A DNA stretch of 35,562 nt from Bdellovibrionales bacterium (lineage in GTDB: Bacteria; Bdellovibrionota; Bdellovibrionia; Bdellovibrionales; JAGQZY01). The notes below the pieces were generated by a model. It was given only the letters and a program-made list of their open reading frames with translations. It did no database searches and was not told where the DNA came from. Both the position numbers and the translations under genes were made by a program. Location: the NCBI GenBank assembly GCA_031426555.1, contig JANPLN010000038.1:1-35562 (forward strand), given 5' to 3'. Each line of letters begins with the position of its first letter. The stretch's first letter is position 1. This document shows, one piece after another, positions 9,740-17,826 of this stretch.

Positions 9740-9821
9740 TCTGTAAACCCCTTTTGCGACCGTCCAAGAGATTTCGTACATCTCTTGATGTCTTTTGGCA
9801 ACTCAGTTAATCTGAGACCCT

Positions 9822-11183
9822 ATGGAACAAAAACTCTTTGGTACAGACGGCATTCGCGCGACGGCAAACACCTATCCCATGACTCCCGATATGATCATGA
9901 AAGTGGGGCAGGCGCTGGGATATATGATTCGCAGCAACCCTCCGCGGAATCAGGAACCAAAAGTCGTGATTGGCAAAGACACGCGTCTTTCGGGCTACAT
10001 GGTGGAGCTCGCATTAACCAGTGGGCTCAATTCCATGGGGGTTCATGTTCGGCTGATTGGCCCACTTCCCACACCTGGGATTGGCTTTCTGACTCGCGAC
10101 ATGCGCGCCGATGCGGGCATTGTGATTTCGGCCTCGCACAATCCTTACTATGACAACGGCATCAAAATATTTGGACCTGACGGTTATAAAATTTCGCAGG
10201 ACAACGAAAAGCAAATCGAAGATTTAGTTTTAAACAAAGACCTTAATCAGCTGTTGTCGGAACCTTCGCGCTTGGGTCGCACCAAGCGCATCGAAGATGC
10301 CATGGGCCGCTACATTGTGCATATTAAGAATTCGTTTCCGCTGGAGTACACGCTCGAAGGCATGCGCATTGTTTTGGATTGCGCCAACGGCGCATCCTAC
10401 AAACTGGCACCGGCGGTTTTTGAAGAGCTGGGTGCCGAAGTCATCGTGATGGGCAATGCTCCGAACGGTTTTAATGTGAATGACAAATCCGGCGCGCTGT
10501 ATCCCGAAAAATTAGCCGACAGTGTAAAAAAATATCGGGCTGATATTGGTGTGAGTTTAGACGGCGATGCCGACCGCGTGATCTTGGTGGACGAAGAAGG
10601 TAGCATCGTGAACGGCGACCATATTCTTGCCATCAGTGCGCTTCACCTGAAAAAGAAAAACAAGTTGGTAAAAAACACTATCGTAGCAACGCTCATGAGC
10701 AATTATGGCTTAAACAAAGTGCTTAACGCCCATGGCATTGAAGTGGTGCGGACTGCGGTTGGCGATAAGTATGTTGTTGAAGAAATGCGCCAGAACGGAT
10801 TTATCCTGGGCGGAGAGCAGTCGGGGCACATTATATTTTTGGATCACTCCACAACGGGGGATGGCTGTGTGGCAGCTCTGAATGTGCTCGCTATTATGAA
10901 AGAGCAAAATAAAAAGCTCAGCGAGCTTCGCGAAATTATGGAAGACGTTCCTCAGGTGTTGATCAACGTGAAAGTGAAACACCGCAGGGAGCTTGATACT
11001 ATCAAAGGCTATAAGGAATTGATCAAAGACATCGAAAAAAGTCTCAAGGGTCAAGGTCGGGTGCTGGTGCGCTTTTCGGGAACCGAAAACGTCTTAAGAA
11101 TTTTGGTGGAAGGCTCGGATCGTAAAATGATTGCGCAGTTTGCAGAGACCATCGCTAAATTTGTCGAAAAAAGTCTGGGCTGA
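9822..11183 (+). CDS. glmM: Phosphoglucosamine mutase
   Basis: FGTDGIR, GKDTRLSG, catalytic ISASHNP, metal loop DGDADR, GGEQSGH and RFSGTE. Confidence 0.97.
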   Translation: MEQKLFGTDGIRATANTYPMTPDMIMKVGQALGYMIRSNPPRNQEPKVVIGKDTRLSGYMVELALTSGLNSMGVHVRLIGPLPTPGIGFLTRDMRADAGIVISASHNPYYDNGIKIFGPDGYKISQDNEKQIEDLVLNKDLNQLLSEPSRLGRTKRIEDAMGRYIVHIKNSFPLEYTLEGMRIVLDCANGASYKLAPAVFEELGAEVIVMGNAPNGFNVNDKSGALYPEKLADSVKKYRADIGVSLDGDADRVILVDEEGSIVNGDHILAISALHLKKKNKLVKNTIVATLMSNYGLNKVLNAHGIEVVRTAVGDKYVVEEMRQNGFILGGEQSGHIIFLDHSTTGDGCVAALNVLAIMKEQNKKLSELREIMEDVPQVLINVKVKHRRELDTIKGYKELIKDIEKSLKGQGRVLVRFSGTENVLRILVEGSDRKMIAQFAETIAKFVEKSLG

Positions 11184-11608
11184 TGGAAGCGATCGTTGCA
11201 CTTCCAATGCTTCCTGAATTTTGCGAAAAACTAAAAAACAAATTTACACCGAAGCAGTTAGTTTTACTCAACGGTCCCTTGGGTGTAGGTAAAACCCAGT
11301 TGGTCAAATCCATGGTTTCCTCCATGGGCGGCGAAATGCCAGACTCTCCCACATTCTCCATTATCAACCAATACCCATGCGCAGATAAAACAATCTACCA
11401 CGTCGATCTCTACCGCTTGGAATCCGAAGCCGACGTAGATTCCACCGGCTTTTGGGACCTCTTTCGCGAAGACGAAGCTTTAATCTTTGTAGAGTGGGCG
11501 GAGAGAATCAGTGACGACAACTGGCCGCGCAGTTGGTCTCGATTGGAACTTCGCCTCACGTTTTCTCAAAAAGTAGACGAACGCGAAATTCACTGGGACG
11601 TATTTTAG
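11183..11608 (+). CDS. tsaE: tRNA threonylcarbamoyladenosine biosynthesis ATPase
   Basis: GPLGVGKT P-loop, SPTFSI, HVDLYRL and FVEW. TGATG overlap with glmM. Confidence 0.93.
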   Translation: MEAIVALPMLPEFCEKLKNKFTPKQLVLLNGPLGVGKTQLVKSMVSSMGGEMPDSPTFSIINQYPCADKTIYHVDLYRLESEADVDSTGFWDLFREDEALIFVEWAERISDDNWPRSWSRLELRLTFSQKVDEREIHWDVF

Positions 11609-11910
11609 ATTTCTACGGGGGCCTCCGTGGCGTCTTCCTCAGAATCCTGAGACTCTCCTGTAAAGTTCGCTTTGTGAATATAGTTTTTTAAACAAGTCAA
11701 AAAAGTATCTATCTCGATGTGTTGTGAACAATTTTGCGAGACAGTGATGATCTGGGGGTGTTGTATCACTTCATCGCGATGAACTCTTCCTCCACCGCCG
11801 TAGAGGCGTTCGATACAACGCATATATAAATCCACTGGAAGATTTTGCGAACAGCCCACAGCGTGTCCGAGATTCGGTAAAAGTAATATTAAAAATACGG
11901 TAACCTTCAT
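11605..11910 (-). CDS. Small secreted protein with two Cx11C repeats
   Basis: Start at ATG 11910 (MKVTVFLILLLPNLGHA signal peptide, GGGGG RBS). Repeats CSQNLPVDLYMRC and CSQHIEIDTFLTC; acidic tail. Confidence 0.65.
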   Translation of the reverse strand: MKVTVFLILLLPNLGHAVGCSQNLPVDLYMRCIERLYGGGGRVHRDEVIQHPQIITVSQNCSQHIEIDTFLTCLKNYIHKANFTGESQDSEEDATEAPVEI

Positions 11911-11939
11911 TTGTGACCCCCGTTTACTTCTTATAGCTA

Positions 11940-11955
11940 AGCAAAATGCACACCA
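11940..11955 (-). promoter_or_regulatory. Sigma54 (-24/-12) promoter candidate
   Basis: Minus strand TGGTGTGCATTTTGCT = GG-N10-GC, about 30 nt upstream of ATG 11910. Confidence 0.5.
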
Positions 11956-12077
11956 CCCTTCATCTGTCATAAGAATGACTTAAACTTTTGCGATGCTTTA
12001 GGTTGTCTATGATCTTAACAGTGAAGAGATTTTAGACATTTTTATTTTCTCAAATTGATTCAAACGGTGGAATTGAA

Positions 12078-12842
12078 TTATTCGCATTGAGCGGGAATTT
12101 CGAAGGAATCTAACTGAACTGGAGATGCTCTGTTGGCTTTACAATCTTGTTTTGATTTTAGATGAAAGCGAAACACATAAGGAAGCGGACATTCGCGGCT
12201 GGAGATTTTTACGGTGTCCTCGTAGCCGATCACGAGGTTTTTACTTTCGTAGTAAACTTGGGTAGGCGTCACGGTTTTGTTGAGGTCCCGTTGTAGGACG
12301 GTCATTGAAGCGTCCATGCAGCGGTTTTGGGTTAACGAATCCGCATGCGATGTTCGTTCGTGACGGGTGCTTGTGGGAATTCGATTTCTATCGATAAGTT
12401 CTTCGTGTTTTTTAATTTCTATAATCTCTTCAGGTGTGTGGCCTGAAGTGTTGTGGGGGATCACCCAGCCATAGCCCCAGTTTTTTACTTGCGACGCTTT
12501 TTGCACCGAGCGCAGAGAGTAATACATCAGGCGGGCAGCGTCGGGGGAGCCGCGTTCGGAAACACAGCTGTGGAACGCAGAATCGGCCTGTTGTTTTTGT
12601 TCCAGGCTTCCGCCCTTCCAGTAAGCTTTGTCGTGTTCGACGCAGCAAAGTTGCCAGTTGTCCTCGCGCGGGTAGGAAATCATCTTGGCCAGTCGAGGGC
12701 ATCCGTCGGAGACAAAGGGGTTTAGTTTGTTGAAAAGAATTTTTGCATCTAAGCCCTCGTACGAAGCAGGGACGCGTTCAGCAGTGATACTGCTACAGCT
12801 TGTAGTGAGCCCTAGAGCGAGAGTGAGGAGAGTCAAACGCAT
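12078..12842 (-). CDS. Lipoprotein with a prokaryotic phospholipase A2-like motif
   Basis: Lipobox LTTSC. SDGC...CCVEHDKAY...QADSAFHSC matches the PLA2-type CCxxHDxxY plus AD..F..C arrangement. Cys-containing C-terminal extension. Confidence 0.7.
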   Translation of the reverse strand: MRLTLLTLALGLTTSCSSITAERVPASYEGLDAKILFNKLNPFVSDGCPRLAKMISYPREDNWQLCCVEHDKAYWKGGSLEQKQQADSAFHSCVSERGSPDAARLMYYSLRSVQKASQVKNWGYGWVIPHNTSGHTPEEIIEIKKHEELIDRNRIPTSTRHERTSHADSLTQNRCMDASMTVLQRDLNKTVTPTQVYYESKNLVIGYEDTVKISSRECPLPYVFRFHLKSKQDCKANRASPVQLDSFEIPAQCE

Positions 12843-12848
12843 CTCTCC

Positions 12849-12876
12849 CTATCGGCGTTAGTCTACTAAATTTTGA
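12849..12876 (-). promoter_or_regulatory. Sigma28 (FliA)-like promoter
   Basis: Minus strand TCAAA-N15-GCCGATAG, ending 6 nt before ATG 12842. Confidence 0.6.
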
Positions 12877-12965
12877 GTCGATTCGAAGGCGTAGATGTCG
12901 TTGAACTTCTCGTTCGACGCGGCTGAGTAGCAGAGGATGGTTAGCACAAAAAGAAGAATCTTCAT
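12858..12965 (-). CDS. 35-aa small protein (below the ORF-track cutoff)
   Basis: MKILLFVLTILCYSAASNEKFNDIYAFESTQNLVD*. RBS AGGAG 5 nt before ATG, signal-peptide-like N-terminus, and an ACCGATAG sigma28 -10-like box at 12997-13004. Confidence 0.5.
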   Translation of the reverse strand: MKILLFVLTILCYSAASNEKFNDIYAFESTQNLVD

Positions 12966-13396
12966 GGTGTCTCCTGTCATTGTTTTCACAGCTCTGCTAT
13001 CGGTCGTTGGTCGCGTCGAGATAAGAGGAAGGTCTGTAAAATCCCAATCTGATACATATACTATCTGGATTTATCTTCGAGTAACAATTGTGTATTTGTG
13101 TTCGACAAGAAACTCTCAGTAAACAAGTAAAATTTATAGTTCAAAACAGTTGGGGCGGAAGCCGCCGAAGGCAATAAAAGTTCCTGCCAAAGCTTAATTT
13201 AGTGAATTAAGGAATTACGTTATTTTATAGTCGTAATGGCGGAGCACGCACAAAGTGTGCGTGCAAAACTGCAATGAGCTCTTTCCAAAAGTGAAAACCA
13301 TCATCAAAAAATTGACAAATATTACGATGCTGGCTTTAAACATGACTGAACCAGGCTCTTGCAGAAGGCACAGAGATCTTAAGAAGGAGAATTAAA

Positions 13397-13825
13397 ATGA
13401 AGTATTTATTTTTAACCACAGTGGCATTATTTTTTACAGCTTGTCAGACAATGCCCTATCAACCCTACGCGAGAGACGTAAAACGGTTGCCAAATCAAGG
13501 CGGAGTGATTGCGCTGAAGACAGAACATCGAGATGAAGATCGCACAAAGGCTGAATCGATGATGAAAAAAAATTGCGGGAACGCAGGGGTTAAAATCAAC
13601 GAGGAGGGTGAAGTGACTGTTGGACAAACAACATCAGGTAGTGCCAAAGAAACCAAAGATGCGGGTTCGGACGGGTTGAAGCTGGGAAGTCTTTTTGGAG
13701 TACCAGTCGTGTCAGGGGCTAGCGATCCTAGTAAAAACACGGCCACAACGTCGACAACGACAGCGGTAAAAGAATGGCAGATTTCCTACGAGTGCGGAAG
13801 AGGAAAAAACAAAACCAAATTGTAA
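13397..13825 (+). CDS. Hypothetical lipoprotein
   Basis: Strong RBS AAGGAG, lipobox FFTAC, a Thr-rich segment and a second Cys pair. Confidence 0.85.
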   Translation: MKYLFLTTVALFFTACQTMPYQPYARDVKRLPNQGGVIALKTEHRDEDRTKAESMMKKNCGNAGVKINEEGEVTVGQTTSGSAKETKDAGSDGLKLGSLFGVPVVSGASDPSKNTATTSTTTAVKEWQISYECGRGKNKTKL

Positions 13826-13862
13826 ACCCATTCGAAATGCCGAACGGCTTTTTTGGAGGCCA

Positions 13863-13920
13863 CCCATTCATCTTGAGGGCTTCGGCCCGAAAGAGTATTC
13901 GCTCCGCTCAGGATAACGGG
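13863..13920. repeat. Short REP-like palindrome with an internal C(UUCG)G hairpin
   Basis: CCCATTCATCTTGAG ... CTCAGGATAACGGG imperfect arms, with inner GGGC-TTCG-GCCC at 13877-13888. A weak GCC-GAAC-GGC-T6 hairpin precedes it at 13839-13854. Confidence 0.5.
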
Positions 13921-14008
13921 TTTCTTCGTATGGTGTTTTGACAACAATGAAAATCATACCTTATTTTTAGATGTGCTCGTCGCTATCTTGTTGAAATTTG
14001 TCTTGATC

Positions 14009-14024
14009 GGGCACAAAAGTTGCT
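14009..14024 (+). promoter_or_regulatory. Sigma54 promoter candidate
   Basis: GGGCACAAAAGTTGCT = GG-N10-GC. The predicted +1 near 14035 implies that ATG 14037 or 14043, not 14028, is the start. Confidence 0.6.
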
Positions 14025-14036
14025 CTCATGTTTAGC

Positions 14037-15830
14037 ATGCCTATGTCCGTTAAAGCTTTTACCAAGAGTTTTGTTTGTGCGCCTCTGTGCACTTTTTTGG
14101 TCCTTCATGCCATTCCCGTCAAGGCCTCTTCGTCTTCATGTTTTGATATTTTTGCTCAGGTCGTGAGTCGATATGATTTTAGCTCCCCGCCGAAGACAAA
14201 AAAACTGCAGTTTGCAAATCCGCCTATTCTTAGACTCACAAATTACAACATGCACGACGGTACATTTAATCAGGGGACTGTCAGTGAGCGAAGGTTTAAT
14301 GGAGAGAGCTTTGACAACGTTGACTCCTATATCTCTATGCGTGGGAATGCTGCTCACGATGGAGAAATGCTCGGCGACCAACAAGATTTTTCTTTAAATA
14401 AAATGTTTGAAACTGGTTATATTTCCTCGCAGGCGGCTGAGTACTTTCGCAATCTTGGTCTCAAACTCCACCCGAACCAGGTTTATTTTTGGGAGGTTTA
14501 TCGTGAGGCGACGTTTGAAGAAATCTCGCAAAATTATGCAGATTATCGATTTCGGAATATTTCCGCAGGCATTCAGCTGTCAGACAACAGCCTTTGGCCT
14601 GCAAAAACGGCGGCAATGTGGAATGTGGCAGGGCAGGTTTGGGATCATGGAAAACTTTATACTCCTCTAAAGTTACCATGGGAATTGGAAGAGGCGAGAA
14701 AGGATTTCGCCCTTGATCGTACAAAGTATAAGTTTGTTTTTGAGTGGGGTCGTGCTGCGCAAGACCTATCTGGAGACATTGAACATATTTATGCTGCCAA
14801 TACCTTACTCAGTCTGGTTCAGGTTCTTGCCTACAAAGGCTCTGTAGATGATGCCTATGTGATGGTTCATTCTTTTGATAAGGTGAACACGCGTCTATAT
14901 TCGCGAATGCATCCCGACACACTGTATCCTCCAGGTTGGAAAAATCTCGACGATGCGCTTTTTCTTGTTCCATTGAGGGAGGCTCTAAAAAAATATCCAA
15001 TTGCTCGTGCTTCAGAGCACGTCCGTAAAATTATGGAGCTTTCAAATGGGAAGCTAACGCCAGTTCAAGCTGTTGAACTCATCATCAGTGGTGTGCTCCA
15101 TCGCAAGTCGGAAATGCATTTCTTTTCAAGTGCTGGTGAGCAAAGATCTCCTGTGATACTTACAGACAGCTCGGCGTGGTTGGCTTTCGCTACGCACGGA
15201 GCGGCACGAAGCTTAGGGTTAACTCCCGAAGAAGCCCAAGCAATTTACGAGTATTTTTCAAACCAGCCTCCTCCCGGAGCGAGCTATAACTACTTAGATA
15301 AGTATCAAAATGCAGCCGATTCATGGCTGAGTCGTTCTGAATACGCAGCAAGGAATGCCATAGAGATTTCGAATCTCGATCCCGTGCTTGCGCAGAATGA
15401 TCCATTTTTTGTTGTACGAGCTCTTTTTTCAACGCTCCATCATAAGATGGCCACATTAGCGCGAATGATTCAAACCCTTGATGGCAGGTCTTCGCAAGCA
15501 GCTTACGATGAAACTGCAAATATTCTCAGGACTCATAAAATAGAAATTGGAGTTACCTCTCACTCGCCAGTCATTTTGCAACAGATTCGAGATCTACAGC
15601 CGGTGGCCTCCGTACCCCTCCTTGGCACCATTGTCGAAGGTTCTGTGCCGCAGAGCTTGATTGATTCTCAACCCTATCTTTTTCGTGATGCAGAAATGAA
15701 CTTTTTTTCCGTCGGGCAAATCATGGCTTGGGGAATAGAAAACCCCGGGATGTTTCGATCAATGAAAGGGAATTTGCATTACGGATCATGGACCTCGCAA
15801 TACTTGATGTCACTTCCTGACACTCTTTGA
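14037..15830 (+). CDS. Large secreted hypothetical protein, possible degenerate GNAT/FeeM-like acyltransferase fold
   Basis: About 600-aa ORF with signal peptide ...HAIPVKA|SSSCFDIF. Segment LPWELE...FEWGRA...MVHS...NTRLY is reminiscent of acyl-transferase motifs. The start codon is uncertain (14028, 14037 or 14043). Confidence 0.6.
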   Translation: MPMSVKAFTKSFVCAPLCTFLVLHAIPVKASSSSCFDIFAQVVSRYDFSSPPKTKKLQFANPPILRLTNYNMHDGTFNQGTVSERRFNGESFDNVDSYISMRGNAAHDGEMLGDQQDFSLNKMFETGYISSQAAEYFRNLGLKLHPNQVYFWEVYREATFEEISQNYADYRFRNISAGIQLSDNSLWPAKTAAMWNVAGQVWDHGKLYTPLKLPWELEEARKDFALDRTKYKFVFEWGRAAQDLSGDIEHIYAANTLLSLVQVLAYKGSVDDAYVMVHSFDKVNTRLYSRMHPDTLYPPGWKNLDDALFLVPLREALKKYPIARASEHVRKIMELSNGKLTPVQAVELIISGVLHRKSEMHFFSSAGEQRSPVILTDSSAWLAFATHGAARSLGLTPEEAQAIYEYFSNQPPPGASYNYLDKYQNAADSWLSRSEYAARNAIEISNLDPVLAQNDPFFVVRALFSTLHHKMATLARMIQTLDGRSSQAAYDETANILRTHKIEIGVTSHSPVILQQIRDLQPVASVPLLGTIVEGSVPQSLIDSQPYLFRDAEMNFFSVGQIMAWGIENPGMFRSMKGNLHYGSWTSQYLMSLPDTL

Positions 15831-16271
15831 ATCTTGGTGGTCGATAATGAGGAAGCGCAAAACTTCTTCAATTTTATTGCGCACTGTTTTTTCGACGTGG
15901 GAATCGAATTCGATTTTAACTCCTTCGATGAACGTGTTTTCATTCCATTTAATTTGTTTCATTTGGTGATACCGATTTAATTTTTGTTCGATTTCATCAA
16001 TCGAACTTTTTTTTAAAAGACATTTTGATTTTTCTGCGAGCAATAAAATAAAATCCTTCTGTTGAGGTGTGGCTTCGATAAAATGAGCAATATTTTTGAC
16101 CAGAGAAAAACTGGGCGCCCGCTGGCGTTTGGCGATCATTCCCAGAGTGCGAGGCGATTTTATTTTGAGTCGCCTCGCCAGACCCGCATAGGAGCGACAG
16201 GCTTTGTTGTTGCTTTGCTGGCAAAGCCAACGGATCAACTCGGAAAAGTCTTTGTTTTCGTAAAGATTCAT
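15810..16271 (-). CDS. HTH protein resembling the N-terminal part of the TIGR02147 family
   Basis: MNLYENKDFSELIR...SYAGLARRLKIKSPRTLGMIAKRQRAPS...IAHFIEATPQQKDFILLL. Too short to include the usual C-terminal DUF4423 domain. Overlaps the convergent gene by 21 nt. Confidence 0.65.
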   Translation of the reverse strand: MNLYENKDFSELIRWLCQQSNNKACRSYAGLARRLKIKSPRTLGMIAKRQRAPSFSLVKNIAHFIEATPQQKDFILLLAEKSKCLLKKSSIDEIEQKLNRYHQMKQIKWNENTFIEGVKIEFDSHVEKTVRNKIEEVLRFLIIDHQDSKSVRK

Positions 16272-16308
16272 GCGCGGACCATAGCTGAAGTTATTGATCT
16301 TGAGAACA

Positions 16309-16416
16309 AAAAGTAAGCAAATACTCACATACTAATGAACAAATACGTAATTTATTATATAATACAATATCTTATATTTATTGAAAAACTTATAATATGA
16401 GTGTATACTTACTTTT
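16309..16416. promoter_or_regulatory. AT-rich divergent control region with two palindromic operators and a sigma70 promoter
   Basis: TAAGCAAATACTCA (16314-16327) and TGAGTGTATACTTA (16398-16411) are inverted copies (18/22 with flanks). TTGAAA(16381)-N17-TATACT(16404) has its -10 inside the second operator. Confidence 0.65.
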
Positions 16417-16439
16417 AAACACTGCTCAAAAGGGTTGCA

Positions 16440-17033
16440 ATGGCTGTTGGTAAGAAGGGTGAGGCTAAAAAATTGAAGATCATCCAAAGTGCCAGCTACT
16501 GTCTTTGTCACTACGGCGAGCGGGGCGCGACCTTTCAAGCTATCGCCGAACATTGTCAAGTGAGCCAGGCCTCTGTCGTGAAATACCTCGGAAGTGTCGA
16601 TAATATTTTTCCCACTGTTTTAAACTACTGGCTGGCCCATGCACGAAAAAGAACCGAAACCGAATTGGATGTGCCTGGCACGCCAGAAGAAAAGCTCCGT
16701 CGGTACTTAAAAGTATCGGTGAATATTTTTTTTGAACACCCTGATATTTGCAAGATCTATTTGATGCTCCATTACCTTGCGGCAGTGAACGCACGCTATA
16801 AGGTGATTAATTCTGACATTAAAACGATGGCTCAGGAGCGCATTGCCAACATTATTCAAGCGGGCATCGATGATGATTTTTTTAAAAGAGTCGATGTTCG
16901 CGCCACAGCTAAAACAATTCACAACAACTTGACGGGGTTACTGATAGCTTCTGTCACAGAACTCAAAAAACCAAGTGATCTTCATCTCTCTCGTTTTTTT
17001 GAAGACTACAGTTTATCCCTTGTGTTGAAATAA
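16440..17033 (+). CDS. TetR/AcrR family transcriptional regulator
   Basis: N-terminal HTH IIQSASYCLCHYGERGATFQAIAEHCQVSQASVVKYL and C-terminal IIQAGIDDDFF. Confidence 0.9.
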   Translation: MAVGKKGEAKKLKIIQSASYCLCHYGERGATFQAIAEHCQVSQASVVKYLGSVDNIFPTVLNYWLAHARKRTETELDVPGTPEEKLRRYLKVSVNIFFEHPDICKIYLMLHYLAAVNARYKVINSDIKTMAQERIANIIQAGIDDDFFKRVDVRATAKTIHNNLTGLLIASVTELKKPSDLHLSRFFEDYSLSLVLK

Positions 17034-17160
17034 AAAAAACGCGCACAAACGGTGACCTCTGAATTTCCGTAAACATAAAATTAAATAGATTTTTTAAATC
17101 CTTTCGGGTTACTGCTCTCGTTCAATCAAAGAGTCGAGCAGACTCAACAAAGGAGTATTC

Positions 17161-17640
17161 ATGAAGTTAAAGTTTTTATTTTTTAGCCTATTGGTTTTGA
17201 ATCTTGTCGCCTGCGGTGAAGATGAGGTGCAAGACGTCTTTGGTAACAAGCCACAGACAAAAGCCATAGAAAGGCTCAATGGAGCTTGGACCAGCGGATG
17301 CATCGACAGTGAGTTCGGAGCATTCTACGGTCGCAGAATCGTGACTCTAAAATTTTCAAACATTAATTTTGAAGCGCACATCGATAGTTATTACTCAACT
17401 GAGTGTGCGGCAGTTTCTGATAGAACAACAAGTTACATTGGTACTTACACGGTTCAAAAGAACTACGATGCAAACACTGTTCTCCTAGAGTACAGTGTGC
17501 CCATTGACGCGCAGGTTTCTCAATTGTTGAATCAAAAGATTCAATTCAGTGATGGAAGTTTGCTCACGTCAGAACTGATTTCCGGTTTCGAAAAGGAAAA
17601 TGATTATTCTTTAAGGTTTGTAATGACGCGATTGGAATAG
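17161..17640 (+). CDS. Hypothetical lipoprotein (beta-barrel/lipocalin-like GxW start)
   Basis: RBS AAGGAG, lipobox LVAC, LNGAWTSGC and a Y..GTYTV beta-strand pattern. Confidence 0.8.
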   Translation: MKLKFLFFSLLVLNLVACGEDEVQDVFGNKPQTKAIERLNGAWTSGCIDSEFGAFYGRRIVTLKFSNINFEAHIDSYYSTECAAVSDRTTSYIGTYTVQKNYDANTVLLEYSVPIDAQVSQLLNQKIQFSDGSLLTSELISGFEKENDYSLRFVMTRLE

Positions 17641-17657
17641 CTACGACGAATAAGTAG

Positions 17658-17680
17658 AAGCCCAGTGACCCTGGGCTTTT
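17658..17680 (+). terminator. Rho-independent terminator
   Basis: AAGCCCAG-TGACC-CTGGGCTT followed by TT, 17 nt after the stop codon. Confidence 0.7.
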
Positions 17681-17826
17681 ATGAAATGAGGAAGATGATG
17701 AGCGGGCGATCCAAATTTTCTATTTTTTAGTGAATTTGCAGTCCATGGTTTTATTTATTTCATTTTCTATGACAATGCCGAAGGTGCCAAACGATGTCTC
17801 AAAATCCGTTGTAGAAGTCCAACAGG

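Noticed and set aside
13312..13340. Sigma70 promoter TTGACA-N17-TTTAAA
   Set aside because: The -10 lacks the key A(-11) and T(-7), so it is not supportable alone.
13822..13860. c-di-GMP-I riboswitch-like start (GTAAACCCATTCGAAA)
   Set aside because: The complementary arm and GACGCAAAG segment are missing, and it sits at a gene 3' end.
17772..17791. TTGGCAC on the minus strand as a sigma54 promoter
   Set aside because: No GC at the required 10-nt spacing and no downstream gene.
17720..17826. Minus-strand fragment TDFETSFGTFGIVIEN resembling a CheX C-terminus
   Set aside because: Too short, with no credible start or RBS; likely a chance resemblance.
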